From the human T2T-CHM13v2.0 reference genome, Homo sapiens, in the NCBI RefSeq assembly GCF_009914755.1, contig NC_060925.1: 64,000 bases of DNA; one strand, given 5' to 3'. Below the pieces are notes generated by a model, which saw nothing but the letters and a program-made list of their open reading frames with translations, was not told the origin of the DNA and made no database searches. Both the position numbers and the translations under genes were made by a program. Below are positions 32,448-49,699 of the stretch, piece after piece. Numbering within the stretch: position 1 is the first letter of the stretch; each line of letters starts with the position of its first letter.

Positions 32448-33242
32448 AATTCTCTTTACTTCTTTACTACTAGCTAATCCCATCTTACTCTCATCTCCTT
32501 CTTTATATCAAATTTATACTGAACTTGCCCTCCTCAAATTACTATGTAATTTTCTCTCTCCTAATTGGATCCAGACTGATTCATCACAGCTCTAGGCAAA
32601 GCTGTCTTTATATTAGAAGAATCATGGATAAGAAACAAGGAAATAGAATGCTCCTTGAATATGCGATTTTGGAGTCATCCAAGACCTAGTGTTCCTTTGT
32701 GGGTTAGGTGCTAGGACTCTCCAGCTGGAGGAAGGTAATTAGAGATGCTGCCAGCTGGAGCTGAAGCCTACTGGAGACACTTACATATTGAGAGAATAGT
32801 GCAGGCTGAAGCTGGCTACCAGCAATTGTCTCCCTTCTGCCTTCATGGTGACTCTAGTATTCCCTCACCTTCAAGGCTTCCCTTGGTATTCAGTTTTTGC
32901 CAAGTCTCAGAAAAATAAAAATTACAAGGTCACTCTACCCAAAGAGTGGCTTTCCACTTCTGTTTACCAACTTGTGTTTCTCATATCTCCCTGGAAACTA
33001 GGAATCAATTTGGCCCTGGATCACAGGTGATAAAACTCTACTTCTTATGTATGCATCCTAGGCAAGCACCCATGAAGCCTCCTTCAGAAATACAGTGTCA
33101 TTTCAGATTGTATCTAATGTTCCTGGAGTTAAGTTGCTACTGGGTTGCAGAATCTTTCCAGGGAGAATTGACTGGGAAGTGACTCAGTCAGAGTCTACCA
33201 GAAGGTATAAAAGAAAACTGGTGATTAACAAGGTGTGGGCTT

Positions 33243-33541
<299 letters not shown>

Positions 33542-34289
33542 GATGCGGGCTTTTCTCGAGACAATGCCCCCTCCCAGAAAAATCTCAACTTTTATTTAGA
33601 GAATAGGTTTAGCCTTCCACCTTCTCTTTCTTCTTGTACCCATATCCATCCTCTCTGAGAGGTCTTCCATTTAAAGTCTCCCTTGATGTATATTTAACAA
33701 CATTTCATTGACTCTTTCCTTTTTGTTTTGGTTGGGGGTTGGAGAGGAGTTCCATAAGGAATTGATGTGATTTTTCTCCTGGCCATTTCTCTAAGAATAA
33801 CCCTTTCTGAATGAGGTATGTTAATCAATTCAGAGTTGGTCATCTTATTCCTTTGTATGATAGAAGAGTAGATTTTAAAATATAAGCAATGAGTATGCCT
33901 TGCTTTGGGGTATCTGGCACTGATTACCTTCTTACAGCATCACAGTTACTCTCTTTGGAAACCCTTTCTTCAATCTCAATCCATGTCATGGAACTTATCC
34001 TACTCTTAACTCTAGGAATTATTCGTGAAATCTGACAAATTAGAGTGTCACATCCCCCGGTCACAGTTATTGATAATTGGCTCAAGGAGAGTCACAGGAT
34101 CCAGTACAGGCCAATGAATATCAAGAGCAACAGTTTTTCTGGAACTTTTAGGAACAATGCTCTTTTACTGTATTTGTTAAACTGATGGGGTATAAGGTGT
34201 GCTATCTTGCCTCTCAGTGGCTAAAGCCAACAGAGACAAAAGCAGAGTGAAACAATAGTGAGAAATATCATCCAGATGCCTTGTTATAG

Positions 34290-34612
34290 CCTGCACTGTC
34301 TGGTATAGTAGCCACTAGGCACATGTGGCTATTGAGTACTTGAGAGGTGGCTAGTCTAAATTGAGATGTGCTGTAAGCATAAAATTACACTGGGTTTCAA
34401 AGATTTAGTATGAATAAAAGAATGTAAAATTTATCATTAATAATTTTTTATATTGATTACATGTTGGAATATTTTGGATATATTGGGCTAAATAAAACAT
34501 AGTAAAATTAATTTTATCTACTTTTTTCTTTTTTGTATGCCAAATAAAATATTTAAAATTATGCATGTGTTTCACATTTGTGGCTTGCATTGTATTTATA
34601 TTGAATAGCATT
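34290..34612. mobile_element. MER33-like hAT-Charlie element nested in an MLT1-like LTR (~33900-34755)
   Basis: gtagccactaggcacatgtggctattgagtacttga ... aattgagatgtgctgtaag ... tttatattgattacatgttg. Confidence 0.8.
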
Positions 34613-34767
34613 GGTTTGAGCACTTAGATCCAGCCATGCCTAAAGTTATATAACTCCGAACTAATAAAGGCCAGTAAATACACATTTTTGCTTATGCTAT
34701 TTCTTTATATCAGGAGTTGAATTTTTTATACTGTCCACTAAAAGAGTTCTAATTAATATATTAGCTA

Positions 34768-35112
<345 letters not shown>

Positions 35113-35570
35113 CTATTTTTCCCCTAGGCAGAAATTGGAGAAGATGCAAAAAAAAAAAAAAAAAACAGTCTGAAAACCTTATTCCTTTGGAGCCAATAAG
35201 AGCATTCTGATTAGGCAATATTGCTTAAGAGTAGGGGGAAAAATCACTTCATTTTATTATGCCAGTGTCAGAAACCTAACTGAATCCAGTTATTAAAGTA
35301 TCCCTAGTTGTCTGCATTGACCAAATAGATATATAATATTAACATAATATTAATACATGTTTTCAGTCATTTCTTTGATGACTTGCATTATGGGTGAGCA
35401 TTTCAGTCCAAAAGAATTTCCCCTCTGGCTTGGGCTGGTTCCTAAAATGAAACTTCATAATAGAATGTTGAAGCATGGAGTTCTTATAATCTACAAACTG
35501 CTTGTTAGTGCCTTGCAAAAACATACAGTTTCCACTTGTCAGCACAAAAGAATTGTTTTCGTCTTCAATC

Positions 35571-35871
35571 TTTTTTTTTTTTCCTTGAGACAGAGTCTCA
35601 CTCTGTCGCCCAGGCTGGAGTGCAGTGGCGTGATCTTGGCTCACTGCAAACCTCCACTTCCCAGGTTCAAGTGATTCTCCTGCCTCAGCCTCCCGAGTAT
35701 CTGGGATTACAAGTGCACACCACCACATCTGGCTAATTTTTTGTATTTTTAGTAGAGATGAGGTTTCACCATGTTGGCCAGGCTGGTCTCAAACTCCTGA
35801 CCTCAGGTGATCCACCCACCTTGGCCTCCCAAAGTGCTGGTATTACAGGCGTGAGCCACCAGGTCTGGCCG
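35571..35871 (-). mobile_element. AluSx-like
   Basis: Reverse full Alu. Confidence 0.92.
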
Positions 35872-37382
35872 GAAAATCTTATTACTAACAAAGTTTTCCT
35901 CCAGGATAATCAAAGGGATAATAAACTCAAAATAATTTTTCATTTTAGTCATCTTTAATATCTCTCCTGAATTCCAAAGAAATTATTGAGTGTCCAAATT
36001 TAAAGACATGCAATGTTTTGTATGAAATGTGCATTTTTTAGTTAATTGGTAATTTTTTTTTAAGTTTAGAGTTATCACTTCAAAAAGATAAGTTTTCCTG
36101 AAGGCAGAAACACCTTTCTAACTAATGCTTGATACCCCAAATCACTACTACTCCTACTACCACTGCTGCCAGTTACTATTTATTAAATGCCAGGAATTGT
36201 GTTTGGTAGTTTACATATGATACCTTGCATCTTTGAAACAATACTAGACATATTGTCTCCAGGATACTGAAGAAGAAATGAGGTTCTTTGAGGCAAGGTG
36301 GCTTAACCGAGATCACACAGCCAGGATTCAAAATCCAGGTCTGATGTCAGAGCTTGGGCTCTTTCCACTGAGTTTTATGTTTTTCTTTACTCAGTTGTGG
36401 GGCAATCTTCACCTAATTTGAGGAACCAGTAACTAGCCCCTTTTCCTCACCTGACTTCTGAATAAATGGGAAAAAAAGATACAGGAGTAAGGCAGTCAGA
36501 GCCAAAAGAAATCAACTTGATTAGGGGTAAAGGTTAAGTTGGAGGGCTAAATTGTCTGAGCAAGTGGGCTTTGTAATACTGAGTCCAGAATTATTCAGAC
36601 GTACCTACCCAGTTGCAGGCAGTGCTGGATCTAGGTAGGCCCCCCTTCTCACCCCAAGCACTGGCAGTGCCTGTCCCTACAGGAACAGAAAAAAAAAACC
36701 CACGCTTCCTCTCTTCAGCTATTTCCCAAGAGGAAGAAGCTAAACTGCTCATGCCCAGTTTCTTTTTTTCAAACTCACTGATGGCCCCAGGGTGGAATGA
36801 GTGCAGTGTTGTCAGAAGATCAGGAGCACTGTACTGATATATACACTAATGGGCTCCTGTCAAATGGAAGAAACATCAGGAACAGGAAAGATAACACTAA
36901 TAGCATACTCACAGGTTAAATACATCTATTTGTCTACATAGAAAGTCTCGATTGATGGATTTATAGCTCTTTCTAATATTCTTGATAAAAATTTATTTTT
37001 TCCATTGCCTTATAAAGTTTAAGAAATTACCCTGACTATACTCAGAGTTTTAATGGTGTCATCATTTTATCATTACAAAGCAATTATACTAAGCACCTAC
37101 CTGTATGTAACCTTGTATGGATACTTTAATCTGTCATTGTACCACTGCTATGATTTCAAGAGAGGACATTTATTTTAATAGATTATGAAACATGAGAGTA
37201 TAGGTGAGCTCAATGCTAATGAAAGCTCCCAAAGGCCTTTATCTATCTTATTCAACACTGCTCCCAAGATTAGTGCCTGGCACATAAAGGGTCTCAATAA
37301 AGATTTGTTGGCTAAATTAATAAATATATTAATAAAATTAATAAAGTTCTTCAAATTCTACATTTATTCTGGTGCTCCATAT

Positions 37383-37715
37383 TTTTTTCTTTTCTTTTTT
37401 TTTTTTTTTTTTTTTTGAGACGGAGTCTTGCCCTGTCACCCAGGCTGGAGTACACTGGCACAATCTCGGCTCACTGCAACCTCCACCTCCTGGGTTCAAG
37501 CAATTCTCCCTGCCTCAGCCTCCTAAGTAGCTGGGATTACAGGCACGTGCCACCATGCCCAGCTAATTTTCGATTTTTTTTTTTTTTTTTTTTTTAGTAG
37601 AGACAGGGTTTCGCCATGTTGGCCAGGCTGGTCTTGAACCCCTGACCTCAGGTGATCTGCCCGCCTTGGCCTCCCAAAGTGCTGGGACTACAGGCGTGAG
37701 CCACCGCGCCTGGCC
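37383..37715 (-). mobile_element. AluSx-like with a long central A-tract
   Basis: TSD CTGGTGCTCCATAT. Confidence 0.93.
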
Positions 37716-37925
37716 CCTGGTGCTCCATATCTAAGTTAGTGTTTACAAGAGGGTCTTAACTATTTTCAAAGGAATATGTTTTGGAAGACTTTTCCAATGG
37801 GAAAAGTACTGTATGGATGCCTTAAAGGGAAAAGCCAAGGATAGAAGAGGCAGCATGCTCCTCCTTTTCCAAATGGATATTTGCGTATATTCTCCTTGCC
37901 TTAGAATTTTCTTCTCTCCACACAG

Positions 37926-38027
37926 TTTCCCCCTCCTTCTTTCCTTTCTTTTTCCCCTCCCCTTCCCTCCCCTCCCCTCCCCTACCCTACCTTACTCTAC
38001 CCTTCCCTTTCCTTCTCGTTCTTCCTC
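37926..38027. repeat. Polypyrimidine / (CCCCT)n low-complexity tract
   Basis: Read directly. Confidence 0.8.
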
Positions 38028-38468
38028 ACCAAGAAAGGGTTAGATGTTACACAAGAAAAGAAACCAATTTAGAGAGCCCCATCTACATTAGAGGAGTTTA
38101 GGGTTCTCTGGACTGGGGAGCTAGAGTGCGTTAGAGAAGACTGAAGTCCCCAGTTTTTGAAACTAGTCATGGTATATCTCAGCATACGGCTTGCTCACGA
38201 AAAGATAAGCAATCTTTTAAGTCCTCAGTGGCTCCTACAAGAAACACAGGGAAAATTACAAAATAGGCAAAATTTGGTGACTCGTTTACCATCATATCTG
38301 CTTCTTTCCTTCTGCTCCTCCAAGGATTCACAATTGTTACTGCTATTCCCCTGTCCAAAGTCACCCATCTTTATTCCATCTTATCTTTCCCAAAGCACCA
38401 CACCAAGGTACTTACTCCCTTCTTCCAATGTATTTCCATGTTAGTCAACATATTAGATAGAAAATGCA

Positions 38469-39203
<735 letters not shown>

Positions 39204-39667
39204 TAAACACCATTAAATAATTCACAGAATTTCCTGGGAGGTGTAAAAACCAGGGTTGTAAGAGGCCAAATTACGTCACAGAACACCGGGAAACCATTAC
39301 TGCCTCCACTACTGACATTAATGTGAGATACGAACACTTCTAATAGAACTTCTGGTACTGTTCCCTGGGAATCTAGATGCACTTTCTAGTTCCACCTGCT
39401 TCTTCATCTCTCTAGCCTTCACTTCAAAGCCTGGTGCAAATGTATATGATTAGAGGAGCCTAACTGCAAGGGAGACTGAGAAAGTGAAATTTGGCTTCTA
39501 TTCAGTAGAGAAATCATCAAATATAACAAGAATATTCAAAGGTGCTGGGCAGCCAAAAAGAATAACAAAGATGTACTACTCTACCCCAGTTAGCCTCTCA
39601 ACTCCTACTGATCTGAGCCAGGTTTTCAGCAGATTGAAGTAATTCACTCCGAATTGTGGATGACTGA

Positions 39668-39952
<285 letters not shown>

Positions 39953-40105
39953 AAGGATGACTGATGGTTTCAACTCCACATGAACATCGATGCTTTAAAA
40001 GAGTAGCTTATTAACCCAAATAAACTCCCAGTTGTTAAAATATTTATATGGTGGAAAATACTTTTAAAATAAGGGAACATATAGTGTTTCTTTTATTTCT
40101 TCTTA

Positions 40106-40696
<591 letters not shown>

Positions 40697-42033
40697 AACA
40701 TTTCTTTAAAAAAAAAAAAAACAACTTTACTGAACTTTGATTAACATACAAAAAACTGCACATAATGTATACAACTGGATAAATCATTAATTCTTTATTA
40801 AATACACATTTTATTGAGCTTATAATGTGCCATACAGTAGATTCGGTATTGAGGAAACCTGGTCCATACCCTAAAAATTCAATAACCTCATAAGGGACAG
40901 AGAAAAGTTAATATATATAAAGCAACATAATAAATGCAGAAAACAGTGATATCTGTGTGGGCGTGTGTGTGTGTATACACAATTCATAAAGGGTCTTTTA
41001 TATTATGCTTAAGAATGTGGACTCCTTGGTAGCTTATATTTGCATACTATCCACGCGCACTTTTTTCTCCTTTGTAAGAAATAGGCTCTGAACTCCATGG
41101 GGTGCAATAGAAGCAAGGAATCATTGATAGGAGGGCCAGCACTCCTCCAGAAGTATTCAGAACTGTAATCAAGAATCCTCAAACTGGGAGGGCCTGTGGT
41201 TACTTTATGAACTATGTGTCAGTCCTGCAAACCTCACAGCCTGAATTACCACTGAGCGTTATCTGAATACAGGCTGCCCTTGAAGTCCCTAATTTCATTG
41301 CGCTGACAGAGGCTTTAGTGAGTCTATAATTGGAAAAGGAAGCATTTGTGCCTCAGGTACAGGAAATCACCAAACAATTAACTTCCATGGACTCATGCAG
41401 CCTGGGCCAAATGCCTCAGTGTGCTTGTCTTTGTTTCATGTCAGGTTATTGAGGAAATGTTTCGCAGGCCAGAATCTTGGCTTTACTGTGTTGTTTTGTC
41501 AATGGAGTCAGCTGTGAGACCTTAAACAGTGATAACTATCTATAGTAAAATCTCAATATAGCACTCAGAGGTCTACCACAAGGAAGGGAGGTTTTCAGAG
41601 GGGGCAGAAAGTTTTATCTAAAATACATGTAATTTGGCTATTCAGAGGTGGGAAGGGCCACTTAGACGAGAGAAAAACTAGTGTGGTAAGAAAGGGAAAG
41701 GGAAACAGTTATTACATGTCATGGCCAGGGAAGGCAAACCCCTCAGAGGCAGGGAAGCTGGTGTTGGACACAAGGCCAGCCTTATGGGTAGGCAGAGACA
41801 GTTGAAGGGCACTAGAAAGATTTCCCTGACCCAGAAAATGCCTCAAAGGAAGTGACAGAAAAGGCCCCTGGAGGAAAAACAGAAAAACACAAAATGAAGT
41901 GATAGGACAGCAAGGATGAGCTTCCTTCCCCAAAGTCACAATATTTTCCAAGAAACCATTTTGGATAACTCATTTTGCTCATTGAAAAAACTGTATTCAT
42001 ACTATGGGCAATGTCACATATTAAGAAATTGGC

Positions 42034-43230
<1,197 letters not shown>

Positions 43231-43324
43231 CATTGTAATTATTTTCTACTTCTGCATAACAAATTATAACAAATTGAACATCCTCTTACTAGCTCACAGT
43301 TCTATAAGTCAGAAGTCTAGGTGG

Positions 43325-43968
43325 GAATGAGTGTGGTGGCTCATGCTTTAATCTCAACAATTTGGAAGGCCAAGGTGGGAGGATCGCTTAAGCCCAGGAG
43401 TTTGAACCCAGCCTGGGCAACATGGTGCAACCCCAACTCCACAAAAAAAATTTTTTTTCTTAATTAGCCTGGCCTGGTGGTACACGCCTGTAGTCCCAGT
43501 TACTTCAGAGGCTGAAGTGGGACAATCACTTGAGCCCAGGAGGTTGAGGCTGCAGTGAGCCATGTTCATACCACTGTATTCTGGCCTGGACAACAGAGCA
43601 AGACCCTGTCTCAAAAAAAGAAAAAAAAAAGAATAAATCTAGTGGCTGGACCTGGTGGCTCATGCCTGTAATCCCAGCACCCTGGGAGACCAAGACAGGA
43701 TTGCTTGAGCTCAGGAGTTCGAGATCAGTCTGAGCAACACAGTGAGACCCTGTCTCTACTAAAAACACACACAAAAAAATTAGCTGGGCATAGTGACACA
43801 TGCCTGTGGTCCCAGCTACTCAAGGGGCTGAGACACGAGGATCACTTGAGACAGGAGGTTGAGGCTGCAGAGAGCCCTGATCATGCCACTGCAATCCAGC
43901 CTGGGTGACAGTGTGAGACTTTGTCAAAAAAAAAAAAAAAAGAAGAAGAAGAAGAAAAAAAAGAAGAA
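43325..43968 (+). mobile_element. Two tandem AluJ-like elements within an MLT1-like LTR (~43233-44170)
   Basis: Alus at about 43325-43631 and 43644-43968; flanking repeat GAA(G/A)TCTAGGTGGG. Confidence 0.88.
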
Positions 43969-44952
43969 ATCTAGGTGGGCTTGGTTGAGCTCTCTGCTTA
44001 GGGCTTCACGAGGCTGAAATCAATAATTTAGCCAGGCTGAGCTGTTATGATTCAGATTTACTATATAAGATAATAAATGAATAATGTTTTAAGCCTTTAA
44101 TAAATGACTTACATTTTAAACCCCTCAGTTTGTGGTAATATTGTTACACAGCAATAGATAACTAATACAACTTAAGTGTAGGAAATATCACATTTCATTA
44201 TTTTCTAGATTAAATTAAATCCCCCGAGTCCATTAGAGTGGATAATTTAATCAGTTATTTTTAGAATGCTCTAAGGCTTACATCATTCAGGAAAACCGAT
44301 GTGGGGAAGAGTGTATACTGAGTCCTGAATCCACTGATTTGCTGGTAAAACACACATTGTCCAAATCTATATAGTCTATTCAAAGGTGGCTGCCTCTATT
44401 GAAGACAACAGCTACTCCCTCTGTGCCAGACTTGGCCATGGAGACCTTCATTCCAGAGGGAAGGCTGGAAGCTTAGTGCTCAGTCCCCAGGTACACACAA
44501 AGCCATGCCTATCAAAATTCCTGCTATTTCCAGGCCACCATGAGGAAGCAGAGTATAGATCCCCACAGCTGGAGGAGCTACCACTGCCCGTCTTCCTACT
44601 CTGGAAATCTTTCTCTGCTCCAGCTTCTTCTGTCTTAACGTCAGTCCAGCAAGTCTCCAAGACCCTAGATTTCAAAAGCAACATTCTCTTAACTAAGGAA
44701 TCCTAGACCTTAACAAACAGAACACCAAGTACTAAGCTATTCTATCCTGCGAAAGGGAGGAAAAATGCTCTCTTATTTTTGGGATGATTCTATAGCAACT
44801 AGAAGTCATTTAATTTGCCACACAGTCAACCAGGGCAAAATGAAAACACATGTTCAATCACAAAGTGTTCATTACAGTGAAAGATTTCATTTCCTCAAGA
44901 AATGCAGGACTCCTCATAGCTCTAAGTGCTACAGGAGACTTTTCTTTCCTTG

Positions 44953-45208
<256 letters not shown>

Positions 45209-46622
45209 TACAAGCTTTAAAAAAAAAATCTACCACTGCAGTCTTGGCTGTTAGCTTTCTGAGGTTCTTTTATTTTTTCCCATTGAAATGCACTGGACAA
45301 CATTCCAAATTACCTACTAAACCAAATCCAAGTTCTTCCACCACAGAGATACGAATTTATTTTTACAGCAGTTAACAAAAAAAAATTCCCCCTTTTTTTT
45401 CTTTTGCCATTTTCTCTGATAATGCTGTATTATTCCTCCCACTCAACAGCCAAGAAAGACAACCCAACTACTTCCTCCTCCAACATACAGGAAAGAATAG
45501 AAACAATTCTATCAGCTCCAGCTGGGGCAGCACAAATGCCAGGAAGCTTTTCTTAGATTTTTGAATCCTACGTGACTCTCACTTTAGGTGCTTTCCAAAA
45601 TTTTGGTTTCATTTTTCTTGAATTCTGTTCTGCAGAAACTCTCAATTGTCTAACACTGGTGGCATTTAGTAATCTTTGCCAAGTTTAATTCCAATCTAGT
45701 TGCTTGGAAGATTTCAGTGACCTAAGAAGAAGGTTTTGTAAACCTCCTTGTTTTGTGCAATGGGAATTTGTTCAGCAAGTAGGAGTCAGGATCCCTCCCT
45801 ATCTCTCAGCAAAATAGGTTGTTTTATTTCCTTTTATTTCAAAATATACTGGGGTTTGTTTTAAGACAACTTTTGAGTCCCACTATTGCTAATGATCAGT
45901 TGTATGCTTTAGGCAAATTCACAAAACTTTCTAAACCTTGGTATCTTCATTTGTAATGTTAGGATAATTCCTTCTTTATACAGTTGTTGAAAAAGCTACT
46001 GGATTTAAATCCAGGTTTTATAATGAGCATAATGTGTGCTCATTAAATGGTAGACATTGGTTCTTCTTTATATGATTTTTCCCAACTCTGGTTTACTGTC
46101 ATTTATCTTAAGTAAAAATCTTGTAGCCACAAAGCAAGTAACCAGCTCCCCTGTCCAACATTAGTGTCAGAAAATGTTGGTGCCTCTGACAAATAGAAAA
46201 TCTAATGAATAGGGTACTGTTTTAGGAAGAAGGAGATCTGGCTTTCCCCCTGGGCTTACTGCAACAAGTGACTTAACTTACAAAGCAACCATGAAAATGA
46301 GCATTGTGCCTCAAGAAATAAACCCTCTCACTCTTTTTCTTGGATGTGTGTTGCATTGCCATGGGATTGTTTTCAGCATTAGGAGGCTCTGCTACAAGTT
46401 CAGTTCAGGTCAGCAAACTTTTTTTTTCAGGGCTTCATCTGTATCAGGACTGTGCTTGTTATCAGATATAAAAACGAAGAAGGCAAAATTCCTGAGCTTT
46501 CATTCACTTGCTCAGTAAATGTTTATAGAGTGCCTACTAGGTAATAAAACTGTGAGTCTTGAGGAATCAAACAGAAAAAGTTACTGCCCTCGTGGACTTT
46601 ATAATATAGAGAAGATTATAGA

Positions 46623-46680
46623 CAGTGTTGCACTGATAAATGTTTAACAACAACCAGCTCTCCAAAAAGAAAAAAAAAAA
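46623..46680 (-). mobile_element. MER63B-like (hAT-Blackjack) terminal fragment
   Basis: cagtgttgcactgataaatgtttaacaacaaccagctctcc plus an A-run resembles the reverse complement of the MER63 3' end as I recall it. Confidence 0.7.
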
Positions 46681-46699
46681 AGAAAGAAAATCCAATTCT

Positions 46700-47020
46700 T
46701 TTCTTTTCTTTCTTTTCTTTTTTTCTTTTTTTTTTTTTTTGAAACAGAGTCTCACTCTGTCGCCCAGGCTGGAGGGCAGTGGCATGATCTTGGTTCACTG
46801 CAACCTCCGCCTCACGGGTTCAAGTGATTCTCCTGCCTCAGCCTCCTGAGTAGCTGGGATTACAGGTGCCCGCCACCAGGCCCAGCTAATTTTTGTATTT
46901 TTAGTAGAGACGGAGTTTCACCATGTTGGCCAGGCTGGTCTCGAACTCCTGACCTCGTGATCCGCCCACCTCGGCCTCCCAAAGTGCTGACATTACAGGC
47001 GTGAGCCACCGCACACGGCC
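46700..47020 (-). mobile_element. AluS
   Basis: TSD ATTCTTTTCT. Confidence 0.92.
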
Positions 47021-47945
47021 ATTCTTTTCTATCTGTTTGTGGCCTCTTTTTTTTTCTTTTTGGAAATGTTTAGGAACTTTTTTTGTCCCTAGTAAATAAC
47101 ATTTCCCATCTTTTGCTCTGGTGTGGGTATTTTAAAGTCTATTATGCTGAGCACAGCATGCTGTTTTACTCTAGAAAGTCAATACAGTTGTGGAAAATTT
47201 TCCTGCATTTGATTATCACCTCCCCTCTGTTTTCTCTATTCTTTCTTTCTGAAATTCTTATTATTTAGATGCTGAAGTAAGTATTTTTCTTATCTTTTCT
47301 ATTTTCTGTCTCTTTTTCATTTTCTTTTCTTTTCTTTTTTTTTTGAGACAAAGTCTCATTCTGTCACCCAGACTAGAGTGCAGTGGCGCAATCTCGGCTC
47401 ACTACAACCTCTGCCTCCCAGGTTCAAGCTATTCTCATGCCTCAGCCTCCTGAGTAGCTGGGATTACAGGCACGCGCCACCTCTCCCGGCTTATTTTTGT
47501 ATTTTTGGTAGAGACACGGTTTCACCGTGTTAGCCAGGCTGGTCTCAAACTCCTGACCTCAGGTGATCCACCTGCCTCGGCCTCCCAAAGTACTGGGATT
47601 ACAAGCGTGAGCCACTGTGCCCGGCTTTCATTTTCATTTTTATATTTTGGCTCTACTTTCTCAGAGATTTCCTCCAATTTTATTTTCTAATTCCCCCCAT
47701 TCCTGAGCTTTTGGGGTGATTCACAGCATGAATCAGCTTGTTATTACCCTCCTCCTCTTCAAGTTTAGATCTGAATTTTCTCTAGATGGGAATATTTGTT
47801 CTCACTTATTCCCCTGCTTCCATTCTTCAAATTTTGTTATGTTGTCTCCTCTCCCTTTCTGTTGGTCATTTTTGGCTTATACCTTTTTTGAGGTCACATT
47901 ACTGGGATTTCAGGAAGAACCAGTGGTGAAGGCACATTTTTAATC
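47021..47945 (-). mobile_element. Old L1/HAL1 ORF1-like remnant containing an AluSx (47320-47625, minus)
   Basis: Weak collinear similarity to the in-window L1 ORF1 at about 23941-24160. Confidence 0.6.
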
Positions 47946-48063
47946 TACCATGCATAATAAGGTCCTTTATTTCTTGCCATTTTCATTCCTACTATAACAG
48001 TCATACTTCTCAAGGCAGCATAGATACCTCTGAGTTACAGGCAAAAGATCAAGTGCAAGAAAG

Positions 48064-48534
48064 TGATGTAGGACAGGCAAGCACCAAAGTGGAGCTTAGC
48101 CAGAGAGGGTTCTTGGCCTTGCCCAGAAAAGAATTCAAGGGTAATCCAGAGAAAGAAGAAAACAGCTTTGTTGAACAGTCAGTGTTACAGCTCGGTGACT
48201 GCTCCCGCAGAACAGGGCTTAGAGTAGCAGCTCGGGGTAGTTTTGCAGTCATATTTATACCCACTTTTAATTGTATGCAGATTAAGGGGCAGTTTATGCA
48301 GAAAAGGGGTAGTAACTGTTGAATGGTTAGGTACCATGGAAAGGGGTGATAACAACCCTGGTGTTGCCATGGCAACGGTAAATTGACATGGCACACTGGT
48401 GGGTGGGTCTGATTGAAAACTGCTTTCTCCTTGGCAACACCAGGGAGAAAGTGTGAAAAAGTGTCTTGGCTAGTCCTCAGTCTAGTCCAGTATCCAAGTC
48501 CCACCCCTAGAATCAAGTCCCGCCTCCTACCTTA
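48064..48534 (-). mobile_element. MER66-like ERV1 solo LTR
   Basis: Minus strand starts T(A)AGGTAGGAGGCGGGAC; 4-bp TSD AAAG at 48060-48063 and 48535-48538. Confidence 0.82.
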
Positions 48535-48589
48535 AAAGTACAGAGGAGAAAAAGCACAAATATTAATATTTCAAGATATTATAACATTT

Positions 48590-48856
48590 CCAACAGTGCT
48601 GGAGCCAGCTCATACTGGCTCATAAGAATAGATGGCTTATATTCAGGAATTTTATGAGACAGTGGTTAACCATTATTAAAAATTAAATAAACAGAATATT
48701 TATTATAACATAATGAAATAAATTATATTAAAAACAGACAATACTCAAAACTTATCACTTCCTAATTATTGTAGTGAATCCTACTATTATCTATCTTCTT
48801 GAGGTTCTTTACATCTATCGTGTCTGTATCACAGAAATATTATATAATGGTGTTCC
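48590..48856 (+). mobile_element. MER63B-like 5' part, truncated
   Basis: gtgctggagccagctcatactggctc ... tcaggaattttatgag ... atactcaaaacttatcacttcctaattatt ... tatataatggtgt. Confidence 0.78.
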
Positions 48857-48869
48857 ATATATTTATTTA

Positions 48870-49644
<775 letters not shown>

Positions 49645-49699
49645 CCTCACAGCATTCCTTTTATTTTCAAAAGATTGCTTGAAAAAAAATGTTGAATGT

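Noticed and set aside
46615-48590. 8-bp hAT TSD linking the two MER63 pieces
   Set aside because: Only a partial match (ATTATAGA versus sequence near 48578-48585) and the 5' terminus is degraded, so it was not used as evidence.
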